Below, one piece after another: positions 5,832 through 13,975 of a stretch of DNA of 46,428 bases. Position 1 is the stretch's first letter. Every line of letters starts with the position of its first letter. The position numbers were made by a program, and so were the translations under genes. Where the stretch lies: positions 1-46,428 of IMG/VR virus record IMGVR_UViG_3300027742_000004. The stretch is one strand, 5' to 3'. This DNA is from a virus. The notes under the pieces were generated by a model. It was not told the origin of the DNA, did no database searches, and saw only the letters and a list, made by a program, of their open reading frames with translations.

Positions 5832-6497
5832 TTGACGCTTCGCCGCGACGCGTGTAGTTTCCGCCGCATGAGCACGAGCACACCTGACACCCCGATCGAC
5901 CGCGCGAAGTTCGACGTTCACCCCAACGTCGACGCCAGCTTCACGACGCGCGTGCTGTTGCCGCGCAAACGCCGCATGGTGGACGCGTACGTGCGCACCG
6001 GATCACTGAAGGCCGCGGCAGAGGCGAGCGGCTACAGCCCCGGCACGGTCAAGAAGTACATCGAGACCGACAAGGACGTGCAGAAAGCGATCGGCGAGAT
6101 CGTCGACCAAGCCGCGATCCTGTCAGGCGTGACGCTGGAGCGCGTGCTGCAAGAGTACGCACGCATCGCCTTCGCCGACATCGGTGAGCTTGTGGACCTG
6201 TTGAAGGTCTCAGACAGCCCGGACGACGTGCTGCTGGCGCTATCTGATCTACCGTCGGACATCACCGCCGCTATCTCGGAGATCAACCTAGACCGTACGA
6301 CGAAGAGCACAGATGACGGAGACGTCGTCACGGGACGCGTCAAGATCAAGCTGCTCGACAAGAAGGGAGCGCTGCAAGACCTCGGGCGGATGCTGAGCCT
6401 GTTCAAGGACACGATCGTCGTCGAGGACACCCGCGGGTTCGGGGACCGGTTGGAACGCGCGATACAGAAAATAGAAAGGTTGGGCGATGACGAGTAG
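5832..6497 (+). CDS. terS: Terminase small subunit
   Basis: RMVDAYVRTGSLKAAAEASGYSPGTVKKYI (HTH) and ...LERVLQEYARIAFADIGELVD are typical of Terminase_2-type small subunits, and the gene lies directly upstream of terL. The start is ambiguous: TTG at 5832 (GAAGGG upstream) or ATG at 5868. Confidence 0.8.
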   Translation: MTLRRDACSFRRMSTSTPDTPIDRAKFDVHPNVDASFTTRVLLPRKRRMVDAYVRTGSLKAAAEASGYSPGTVKKYIETDKDVQKAIGEIVDQAAILSGVTLERVLQEYARIAFADIGELVDLLKVSDSPDDVLLALSDLPSDITAAISEINLDRTTKSTDDGDVVTGRVKIKLLDKKGALQDLGRMLSLFKDTIVVEDTRGFGDRLERAIQKIERLGDDE

Positions 6498-6741
6498 CCC
6501 GGGCGAACTGGTTGAAATTGAGTGGGTCGACAGCGCGTCGTACGACGCATGGCACCGCGACGACGGCGAAGAGTACGCGCTCGTGTTTTGCACGACGGTC
6601 GGCTATCTCACACGCGAGCACGCGGATCGCTTAGTAGTGGTGCAGAGCTCGAACAACGCCGAGCAGCGCGCCGGGGTGATGATAATCCCGCTAGCGTGCG
6701 TCCGACGCGTGACCGTACTAGGGCCGCAGCAGCATGGCTAA
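6487..6741 (+). CDS. Hypothetical protein (84 aa) between terS and terL
   Basis: ATG with GAAAGG upstream. It overlaps both neighbouring genes by a few nt. Confidence 0.5.
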   Translation: MTSSPGELVEIEWVDSASYDAWHRDDGEEYALVFCTTVGYLTREHADRLVVVQSSNNAEQRAGVMIIPLACVRRVTVLGPQQHG

Positions 6742-8251
6742 GCCGAGCCTGAGCTCGAAAGAGCTGGACCAGCTCGCCGATCTGGCGGCAGCTGCACGCT
6801 ACGACCCGCTGTTGTGGGCCGAGACGGCGTGGGAGTGGGGGCAGGGTGATCTGAAGGGCAAAGACATCCGCTTTTGGCAGGCCGAGATCATGGACGAGAT
6901 CGCGGAGCACCTGCAAAACCCTGAAACACGCTACACACCGCTGAAGATTTCCGTGGCGTCCGGGCACGGGATCGGCAAATCCGCAGAGATGGGCATGGTG
7001 TCGAACTGGGCGATGTCGTGCCACCGTGGCGCCCGCGTGGTTATCACTGCGAACACCGAGGGGCAGCTGCGTACGAAGACCTCGCCCGAGGTGGCGAAGT
7101 GGTTCTCGACGTCAGTGTCTGCGCCGCTGTTCGACATCGACACGCTCAGCATCAAGGCCAAGCAAGAGACGAAGGACATGGCGTGGTCGATGGACTTCAC
7201 GCCGTGGTCAGAACACAACACCGAAGCGTTCGCGGGTTTGCACAACGAGGGCCGGATCATCGTGCTGTTGATGGACGAGGCGTCCGGGATCGCGGCTAAA
7301 ATCTGGGAGGTCGCCGAGGGCGCGCTGACCGACGAGAACACGATCCTGATCTGGATCGCTTTCGGGAACCCGACGCAGAACAAGGGTGAGTTCCGCAACT
7401 GTTTCAAGCACACGATCGGCAACGACTGGAAAACCAAACAGATCGACAGCCGCACGGTCGAGGGCACGAACAAGGAATATCTGGACGGGCTGGTGCGCAA
7501 GTACGGCGAGGACAGCGACCGGATCAAGGTGCGTGTGCGCGGAATGTTCCCGTCGTCGTCCAGCCGCCAGATGATCCCGACGCATGTCGTAGACGCAGCG
7601 TACGGGCGGCACTACCCCAAGAGCAGCTATGACTTCGCCCCGGTGATCCTGACGTGCGATCCGGCGTGGACGGGGAGCGACGATCTGGTGATCGCCAAGC
7701 GGCAAGGTCTCGTGTTCGAGATACTCGACGTGATCCCGAAGAACGACAACGACATCGAGATCGCGACCAAGATCGCGCGGTACGAAGACAAGTACGACGC
7801 CGACGCGGTGTTCATCGACCTCGGTTACGGGACAGGTATCGCATCCGCGGGCAAGACATGGGGCCGCTCGTGGGAGCTGATAAACTTCGGCGCAAAGTCG
7901 CCCGAGCCCGGCTTCGCTGACATGCGCGCGTTTATGTACAATGCCGCGCAAACGTGGATGGAAGAGGGTGGGTCGATCCCGCCGGATAACGGCCTGTACG
8001 AAGAGCTGCTGTCGATCGAGACCCTGCCGGACAACAACGGGATCGTGCGTCTGAAATCGAAGGAGCAGATGCGCGAGGACGACAACACGGCGTCCCCCAA
8101 CAAGGCCGACGGGCTGGCGCTCAGTTTCGCGCGCCCGGTCGTAAAAAAGCGGCAGACCGATCGCGACGCGGAGTTGCGCAACCGGCAGGCGCTGGCGCAG
8201 GCGAGCAGCAAGTACATAAACCAGCACGGCGAGTACGACCCGCACGCCTGA
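6734..8251 (+). CDS. terL: Terminase large subunit
   Basis: Walker A-like VASGHGIGKS, Walker B LLMDEA, a C-terminal nuclease-like region, and its position next to terS and the portal. Confidence 0.9.
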   Translation: MAKPSLSSKELDQLADLAAAARYDPLLWAETAWEWGQGDLKGKDIRFWQAEIMDEIAEHLQNPETRYTPLKISVASGHGIGKSAEMGMVSNWAMSCHRGARVVITANTEGQLRTKTSPEVAKWFSTSVSAPLFDIDTLSIKAKQETKDMAWSMDFTPWSEHNTEAFAGLHNEGRIIVLLMDEASGIAAKIWEVAEGALTDENTILIWIAFGNPTQNKGEFRNCFKHTIGNDWKTKQIDSRTVEGTNKEYLDGLVRKYGEDSDRIKVRVRGMFPSSSSRQMIPTHVVDAAYGRHYPKSSYDFAPVILTCDPAWTGSDDLVIAKRQGLVFEILDVIPKNDNDIEIATKIARYEDKYDADAVFIDLGYGTGIASAGKTWGRSWELINFGAKSPEPGFADMRAFMYNAAQTWMEEGGSIPPDNGLYEELLSIETLPDNNGIVRLKSKEQMREDDNTASPNKADGLALSFARPVVKKRQTDRDAELRNRQALAQASSKYINQHGEYDPHA

Positions 8252-8307
8252 TAGACACCGGAGCGGTCGTGCGGTAAGGTGCGCGAAACGAACGAGCAGG
8301 ACAGACC

Positions 8308-8526
8308 ATGTGCAAGGTGAAGACGCCCAGTTACACACCGCCCCCGTCGTACGCACGGGCAGCGGAACCGGACAACGCCGCGATGTATGACGAGGCCATG
8401 ACCCGTGCAGCGACACGCGGCGGCGGCGTGCAGCGCAGCACGATCTTGTCCGGCCTGCGCGGCACAACCAAACCCCCGACGCTCGGGGCGCAGACCGGCG
8501 TGCGCAACGCGACGGTGCTGGGGTAA
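8308..8526 (+). CDS. Small hypothetical protein (72 aa), possibly virion-associated
   Basis: ORF between terL and the portal. Pro/Thr/Gly-rich. No motif recognised. Confidence 0.45.
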   Translation: MCKVKTPSYTPPPSYARAAEPDNAAMYDEAMTRAATRGGGVQRSTILSGLRGTTKPPTLGAQTGVRNATVLG

Positions 8527-8529
8527 ACC

Positions 8530-10227
8530 ATGGACGACGAGAAACGCATCAAACAGCTAAACGCGGTCGGGGACAGCTTGAAAGAGCTGCGGCGTCCGTA
8601 CGAGCCGCACTTCGCCGATCTGGGCGACAACTTCATGCCGCGCCGATCGAGGTTCTCAAAGGGCAAGGACGGACGACCGGCGAATGCCGTGAACAGCCGC
8701 ATCCTCAACGGCAAGCCGCGGCTTGCGCTGCGTACGCTGCAAGGCGGGATGCACGCCGGGATCACCAGCCCGGCGCGCCCGTGGTTTCGCCTGATCCCGA
8801 AGGACGACGGGCTGCGTGATTACGCGCCGGTCAAAGAACACCTGAGCGCAGCCCAGCGCGAGATGCGGCAACTGCTGCAATCGTCCGGCCTGTACACGAT
8901 GCTGCACACCATGTGGGGCGATCTCGGGCTGTTCGGCTACGACGTCGCGATCGTGGAAGACCACGCGATGCGTGGTCTGCACGGACAGGCGCTGGTCCCC
9001 GGCGAGAGCTGGATCGGAGCCAACGCATCCGGCATGATTGACGCGCTGTACCGCGAATACCGCGCGACGGTGAAGCAGCAGGTCGCGAAGTTCGTGTACC
9101 GCAACGATCCGCAGAACATCCCCGACTGGTCCAAGGTCGACGGCGCCGTAAAGCGTGCGTGGGACAACGGGAACCACGGCGAGCGGATGCCTGTGCGGCA
9201 CCTGATTATGCCGCGGTACGCCCGCGACCCGAACCGCCCGACCGCGGACAACAAGCCCGTGATGTCGGTGTACTGGGACGAGCGCGGCAACATCATGGGA
9301 GACTTGGGCTACGACATCAGTCCGATCCTCGCATCGCGGTGGGACGCCGAGGGGACCGACACGTACGCCAACTCCCCGGCGATGGACGCGCTGGGCGACG
9401 CCAAAGAGCTGCAACGCAAAGAGCGGGATAAGGCCGAGGCAATCCGGCGCATGAACCGCCCGCCGATGAACGCACCCAACGACATGCGCAACAGCCCGTT
9501 CTCGCTGATGCCCGAGGCGGTCAACTTTATGACCGACCCCTCGAACGGCATGACGCCGGCGATAAAGGTCATGCCGCCGATCAGTGAGATGCGCGAAGAC
9601 ATCAGGGACAGCGAAGACCGGATCGACGAGGCGATGTACGCCAACCTGTTCCTGATGATCTCGAACCTCGACCGGCGCCAGATCACGGCGCGCGAGGTCG
9701 ACGAGCGTCACGAAGAGAAGCTGCTCGGGCTGGGCCCGGTGCTGGAACGTCAGCACCAAGAGAAGCTGTCAGTGATTATCCGCCGCACGTACAACAAGGT
9801 CGTTGACAGCGGGCGCGTGCCGCCGCTGCCGCCCGAGCTGGCCGAGATGGGCGTCGAGATCGACTACATCTCGACGCTGGGTCAGGCGATGAAGGCCGTG
9901 GCGACCGGCGGGATCGAGCGCCTGTACGGTTTTGTCGGCAACGTGTCGGCGGTCGACGGGTCGGTACTGGACAACATGAACAACGACGAAGCGACGCGCG
10001 AGTACGCGGACATGGTCGGTGTACCGCCGAACGTGGTTCGCCCGGCCAGCGAAGTCGAAGACCTGCGTAAGCAACGCGCGGATCAGATCAAAGCCCAGCA
10101 GGCGATGGATCAGGCGCAGCAGATGGCAGAGACCGCGCAGAGCGGCGCCAACGCGTCGAAGGTGCTGTCTGAGGCGGGGCAGCCACGCGGTGACCGGGAC
10201 ATTCTCGGCGAGCTTGGCCTTGGTTGA
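8530..10227 (+). CDS. Portal protein (podovirus head-to-tail connector type)
   Basis: The N-terminus ...PYEPHFADLGDNFMPRRSRF...LNGKPRLALRTLQGGMHAGITSPARPWFRL is characteristic of T7 gp8-like connectors. Size and position also fit. Confidence 0.85.
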   Translation: MDDEKRIKQLNAVGDSLKELRRPYEPHFADLGDNFMPRRSRFSKGKDGRPANAVNSRILNGKPRLALRTLQGGMHAGITSPARPWFRLIPKDDGLRDYAPVKEHLSAAQREMRQLLQSSGLYTMLHTMWGDLGLFGYDVAIVEDHAMRGLHGQALVPGESWIGANASGMIDALYREYRATVKQQVAKFVYRNDPQNIPDWSKVDGAVKRAWDNGNHGERMPVRHLIMPRYARDPNRPTADNKPVMSVYWDERGNIMGDLGYDISPILASRWDAEGTDTYANSPAMDALGDAKELQRKERDKAEAIRRMNRPPMNAPNDMRNSPFSLMPEAVNFMTDPSNGMTPAIKVMPPISEMREDIRDSEDRIDEAMYANLFLMISNLDRRQITAREVDERHEEKLLGLGPVLERQHQEKLSVIIRRTYNKVVDSGRVPPLPPELAEMGVEIDYISTLGQAMKAVATGGIERLYGFVGNVSAVDGSVLDNMNNDEATREYADMVGVPPNVVRPASEVEDLRKQRADQIKAQQAMDQAQQMAETAQSGANASKVLSEAGQPRGDRDILGELGLG

Positions 10228-10259
10228 CGCGAGCGGGTAAATGAGGGTATGACGATCAG

Positions 10260-10574
10260 ATGAACCAGAGCAACATGTCCAGAGGCCAAAAACGGGCCGC
10301 GCAGCAGATGCGAAACGACGTGGAAGCCGTGCTGGCGCACGAGCCGACTATGCGTTTCCTGTGTCGCATTCTGGTCGAGTGCAGGTACCATGAAGACCCT
10401 TTCGCCGGCAACAGCAACACGACGTTCAGGAATGTCGGCGAACAGGAAGCAGCACGGAAGATCGTACGCGCCTTGCAGGCAGTCGACCCGGACGCGCTGG
10501 TAAAGCTGCTGACTGTTGCAGCCAAACAACGTGGCCGAACAGGCGACGTACAGGAAAGAACTGACGATGAATAA
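10260..10574 (+). CDS. Hypothetical protein (104 aa)
   Basis: ORF between the portal and the scaffold. Confidence 0.5.
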   Translation: MNQSNMSRGQKRAAQQMRNDVEAVLAHEPTMRFLCRILVECRYHEDPFAGNSNTTFRNVGEQEAARKIVRALQAVDPDALVKLLTVAAKQRGRTGDVQERTDDE

Positions 10575-11334
10575 GTACACACTGTTGCAGCTCTTCCAGA
10601 TCAAAACTGCCCTGTTTGCACCGGCTGAAGAAGCAGGTGGGGGTGGCGACACGACTGACGGAGAGGCAAAAGGCAGCGATGGGGTTGGTGAAGCAGAGGA
10701 TACCTCGACCACCGACACGGTTCTGGGCGGCGATCAGGCGGACGGTAAAACCGACGACACTGGCGATGCGACAGACGACGACGCCAAAGACGACGACGAA
10801 GCCGGCGAAGGCAAGGACGACAAGGACGAGACCCCCGACGAAGCCGATCAGGTGCCCGAGGATGGATCGTACGAGTTTGAACTGCCTGAAGGCGTTGAAC
10901 TGAGCGACGAAGACAAGGAGAGCTGGTCGAAACAGTTTTCCGAGATCGGCCTGACGCGCGCGCAAGCGCAGTCGCTGATCGCAGCGCAGGCGGAACGGGT
11001 GGCGGGCGAGCAGAAGGCGTTCAGCGACTTCTTGCAGAAGCAGCAATCCGACCATCTGGAAGCGGCCAAGAAGGACAAGGACATCGGTGGCGACAAATGG
11101 GCTGAGACCCAAAAGCTCGCAAACGCTGGCCTGAAACTGCTGGGCGGCGACGCGATCAAAAAGCTGATCCTTTCGTCGGGGAACGGCAACAATCCCGAGA
11201 TGATCCGCGAGCTGCGGCGCCTCGGTGAACTTGCCAAGGACGACACCTTCGAGAGCGGCTCGTCGACAGAAGCGACCGTGCCCACGGAAAAATCGTGGTA
11301 CGGAGACACGACACCCGATACCAAGAAAGGCTAA
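10567..11334 (+). CDS. Scaffolding protein
   Basis: Very acidic, low-complexity N-half (DTTDGEAKGSDG...DDDAKDDDEAGEGKDDKDE) and a helical C-half. It lies immediately upstream of the capsid gene. The ATG at 10567 has AGGAAAG upstream. Confidence 0.7.
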   Translation: MNKYTLLQLFQIKTALFAPAEEAGGGGDTTDGEAKGSDGVGEAEDTSTTDTVLGGDQADGKTDDTGDATDDDAKDDDEAGEGKDDKDETPDEADQVPEDGSYEFELPEGVELSDEDKESWSKQFSEIGLTRAQAQSLIAAQAERVAGEQKAFSDFLQKQQSDHLEAAKKDKDIGGDKWAETQKLANAGLKLLGGDAIKKLILSSGNGNNPEMIRELRRLGELAKDDTFESGSSTEATVPTEKSWYGDTTPDTKKG

Positions 11335-11337
11335 AAC

Positions 11338-12333
11338 ATGGCAACGGTAGGGAATACGTATCTGACGCTGGCGGACCTTCGTCGGCAGCAGAACAAAGAC
11401 GACACCATCGCGGACATCCTCGAGATCATGGCGCAAGAGCTGCCCATGCTGGGCGACGGACCTGCGATCGAATGTAACTCGGGTGACGAGCACCTGACCA
11501 CGATCCGCGCAGGGCTGCCCTCGCCGACGTGGCGTAAGCTGTACACCGGCGTGCAGCCGTCGAAAGGCACCACGACCCAGATCAAGGACAGCACCGGGTA
11601 TCTGGAAGACTGGTCCGAAGTCGACGCGAAGCTGGTCGACAAAGCGAAGAACCCGCAGAAGTTCCGCATGAACGAAGCGACGGCGCATATCCACGGGATC
11701 GCGCAAGAGCTGGGGCGTACGGTGATCTACGGCGACACGACCACCGACCCCGAGAAGTTTCTGGGCATCGAAGCGCGGTACAACTCGCTGACCGCCGCGA
11801 ACGGCAACCAGATCGTTGACGCCGGCGGGACCGGCAGCGACAACACCTCGATCTGGTTCATCGGCTGGGGCGAAATGGGTACGCACTTCCTGTACCCCGA
11901 AGGCTCGGAAGCCGGCCTGAAGCGCGAAGACAAAGGTCTGGACACCACCAAGGACGCCAACGGCGGCCTGTACGATGTCTACCGCGAGAAGTTCTCGCAG
12001 GACGTCGGGCTGACCGTCCGTGACTGGCGTGTGAACGCGCGGATCGCGAACATCGACGTAACCGCGCTGACCTCGGATGCAGCGACGGGCGCCGACCTGA
12101 TCGACCTCATGGTCACGGCGTACTACCGTCTCGACAACCCGGGGCGCACGGGCACCAACACCGTGATCTACTGCTCGCGCACGATCGCGGAGTACCTGCA
12201 CAAGCAGGCGATGAACAAGACGAACGTCAACCTGACGCTGTCTGAAGTCGAAGGCCGCCCGATCGTCAAGTTCCTCGGCTACGAAATCCGCCGCATGGAC
12301 ACGATCCTCGAGACGGAAGAGCGCGTCGTCTAA
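11338..12333 (+). CDS. Major capsid protein (HK97-fold, epsilon15/BPP-1-like by position and resemblance)
   Basis: 331 aa, follows the scaffold and precedes a Bbp16-like protein. A hairpin lies downstream. Confidence 0.8.
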   Translation: MATVGNTYLTLADLRRQQNKDDTIADILEIMAQELPMLGDGPAIECNSGDEHLTTIRAGLPSPTWRKLYTGVQPSKGTTTQIKDSTGYLEDWSEVDAKLVDKAKNPQKFRMNEATAHIHGIAQELGRTVIYGDTTTDPEKFLGIEARYNSLTAANGNQIVDAGGTGSDNTSIWFIGWGEMGTHFLYPEGSEAGLKREDKGLDTTKDANGGLYDVYREKFSQDVGLTVRDWRVNARIANIDVTALTSDAATGADLIDLMVTAYYRLDNPGRTGTNTVIYCSRTIAEYLHKQAMNKTNVNLTLSEVEGRPIVKFLGYEIRRMDTILETEERVV

Positions 12334-12347
12334 GACGTAGCGTTCAC

Positions 12348-12369
12348 CGGCGTCCCTAACGGGGCGCCG
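12348..12369 (+). terminator. Stem-loop downstream of the capsid gene (8-bp stem with one G-U pair, loop TAAC)
   Basis: GGCGTCCC-TAAC-GGGGCGCC. There is no U-tract, so it may be an attenuator or stabiliser rather than a full terminator. Confidence 0.35.
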
Positions 12370-12395
12370 TCCACGCACACACAAGGAAAAGACCA

Positions 12396-12827
12396 ATGAT
12401 TTATGATGCAGAGAGCCTGTTCTCGGATGCGCAGGCGATCACCGCCACCGCCGCTTCGACGAACGTGATCGACCTTGGCACGCCCGGTACGCCGCAGCAC
12501 GCCAAGGGGCCGATCTCGCAAGACCTCGGTCGTGCGACTGCGAAGCCGTGGCGTATCCAAGTCGTCGAGAGCTTCAACAACCTGACCAGCCTGACCGTCG
12601 CGGTACAGGTCGACGACAACGAAGCCTTCGCATCGCCGAAGACTGTTGGCTCGATCGTCGTCCCGCTGGCCAATCTGGTTGCAGGGTACGTGATCCCGCC
12701 CGAGTACATCCCGGCGGGGACCAACGAGCGGTATCTGCGGCTGTACTACACCGTGACCGGCACGGCGCCGACCGCCGGCGCGATCACTGCCGGGCTGGTG
12801 TTCGGCAACGAAGGCTGGGCCGTCTGA
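12396..12827 (+). CDS. Capsid decoration/cement protein (Bbp16-like)
   Basis: 143 aa. MIYDAE...AQAITATAASTNVIDLG...YLRLYYTV has the layout of BPP-1 Bbp16-type proteins, and the gene is adjacent to the capsid gene. Confidence 0.6.
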   Translation: MIYDAESLFSDAQAITATAASTNVIDLGTPGTPQHAKGPISQDLGRATAKPWRIQVVESFNNLTSLTVAVQVDDNEAFASPKTVGSIVVPLANLVAGYVIPPEYIPAGTNERYLRLYYTVTGTAPTAGAITAGLVFGNEGWAV

Positions 12828-13303
12828 TGGACGTCGTGGCAACCCAGAAGGGCAAGTACGGGCAGCTGCGTGACCGCGGTGACGTGTTCACGCTGACCGA
12901 TCCTGAACACCACAGCAAGGTCTGGATGGCTGAGATGGGGACGCCGGAAGCGGAGGCTGTGCTGCGTGAGACGGGCGTAACCGCCGGGATCACGCAAGAA
13001 CAGATCGACGCCGAGGTCACTGCGGCAGGTCTGAAGGCCAGCGAGAGCGTCAAAGTCAAGGCGCTGCAAGCACGCGTCGCGGAGCTCGAAAAAGAGCTGG
13101 AAGACGCGCGCAAAAACGCGGCGGCTGAACCCGAGCCCAAGCCCGAGCCCGGGCCCGAGCCCGGGCCCGAGCCCGAGCCCGAGCCCCAACCCGAGCCCGA
13201 GCCCCAACCCGACCCGGGGCAGGCAGGCACCGCGACTGATCCCAAAGAGGTCGCGGACACCGAGCAGCCGAAGCGCGCGACACGCCGCACCCGGCGCGCA
13301 TGA
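12827..13303 (+). CDS. Hypothetical head-module protein with a coiled coil, an (E/x-P)15 repeat and a basic tail
   Basis: The ATG at 12827 overlaps the previous stop by one nt (TGATG). Contains ...EPEPKPEPGPEPGPEPEPEPQPEPEPQPDP...KRATRRTRRA. Confidence 0.6.
   Translation: MDVVATQKGKYGQLRDRGDVFTLTDPEHHSKVWMAEMGTPEAEAVLRETGVTAGITQEQIDAEVTAAGLKASESVKVKALQARVAELEKELEDARKNAAAEPEPKPEPGPEPGPEPEPEPQPEPEPQPDPGQAGTATDPKEVADTEQPKRATRRTRRA
13127..13216 (+). repeat. Hexanucleotide (GAGCCC-type) tandem repeat encoding 15 x-Pro dipeptides
   Basis: Read codon by codon in frame with the 12827..13303 CDS. Confidence 0.9.
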
Positions 13304-13307
13304 GCAA

Positions 13308-13333
13308 GTGACGGGCGCTACGGCGCCCGTCAC
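13308..13333 (+). terminator. 10-bp stem-loop after the head module (GTGACGGGCG-CTACGG-CGCCCGTCAC)
   Basis: Perfect inverted repeat 5 nt after the stop codon. No U-tract. Confidence 0.4.
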
Positions 13334-13357
13334 GGTTAACACACAAAGGGTGGCACT

Positions 13358-13972
13358 ATGGCCGTAGCGAGCAAAATCGACATCTGCAACATGGCCCTTG
13401 CGCACCTCGGCAAGCCCAGCATCACCAGTCTGACAGACGGCAGCCCTGAAGCACGCACGTGTGCGCGGCTGTACGACGGCGCGAGACGCGCGAGCTTGGT
13501 CAGAAGCCCGTGGACATTTGCGCGCCGTACGCGTGCGCTGTCCGTCGTGGCGGACAACCCGCTGAGCGACTTCTGGTCGACCCGGTACGATCTTCCGAAA
13601 GACATGCTGAAGATACACCGCCTGCTCGAAGACCCGTCGGACCCGATGGGCAACCATCTTCCGATCGCGTCGTATGTCGAAGAAGGCTCGGTATTCGCTA
13701 ACACGGAAGGGCTGTACCTGCTGTTCATCGTCGACAGTGAGCAGACGCAACGGTGGTCCGCGCTGTTCGACGACGCGGTCGCTTTGCAGCTGGCCGCGCG
13801 GATGGCGCCCACGCTGACGCGTCGTAAAGGTGACGTCAACGAGCTGCGCGATGCGTACGTCGACGCGATCGGGCTCGCCGCGGAGGTTGACGGGCAGCAA
13901 GAGAGCGCGACATACACATTCCACGAGGGCGGGTACGCGGACGATCGAGCCGCCGGCAGCGTCTGGGAGTAA
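13358..13972 (+). CDS. Tail tubular protein A / adaptor (T7 gp11-like)
   Basis: The N-terminus KIDICNMALAHLGKPSITSLTDGSPEARTCARLYD...W.FA is typical of podovirus gp11-like proteins. The gene precedes the gp12-like gene. Confidence 0.65.
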   Translation: MAVASKIDICNMALAHLGKPSITSLTDGSPEARTCARLYDGARRASLVRSPWTFARRTRALSVVADNPLSDFWSTRYDLPKDMLKIHRLLEDPSDPMGNHLPIASYVEEGSVFANTEGLYLLFIVDSEQTQRWSALFDDAVALQLAARMAPTLTRRKGDVNELRDAYVDAIGLAAEVDGQQESATYTFHEGGYADDRAAGSVWE

Positions 13973-13975
13973 CAC

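Noticed and set aside
5414-5890. ORFs of 158, 67 and 67 aa predicted inside the AT-rich repeat hub
   Set aside because: They are translations of the TTGGGAC/GTCCCAA repeats (recurrent WDT/SQ/PK strings). They have no RBS and overlap each other. The region is better explained as non-coding regulatory, ori or pac DNA.
11338-12827. A diversity-generating retroelement, considered because the head genes resemble BPP-1
   Set aside because: No reverse transcriptase ORF (no YxDD-containing protein) is present, and I noticed no template/variable repeat pair near the tail-fibre 3' end.
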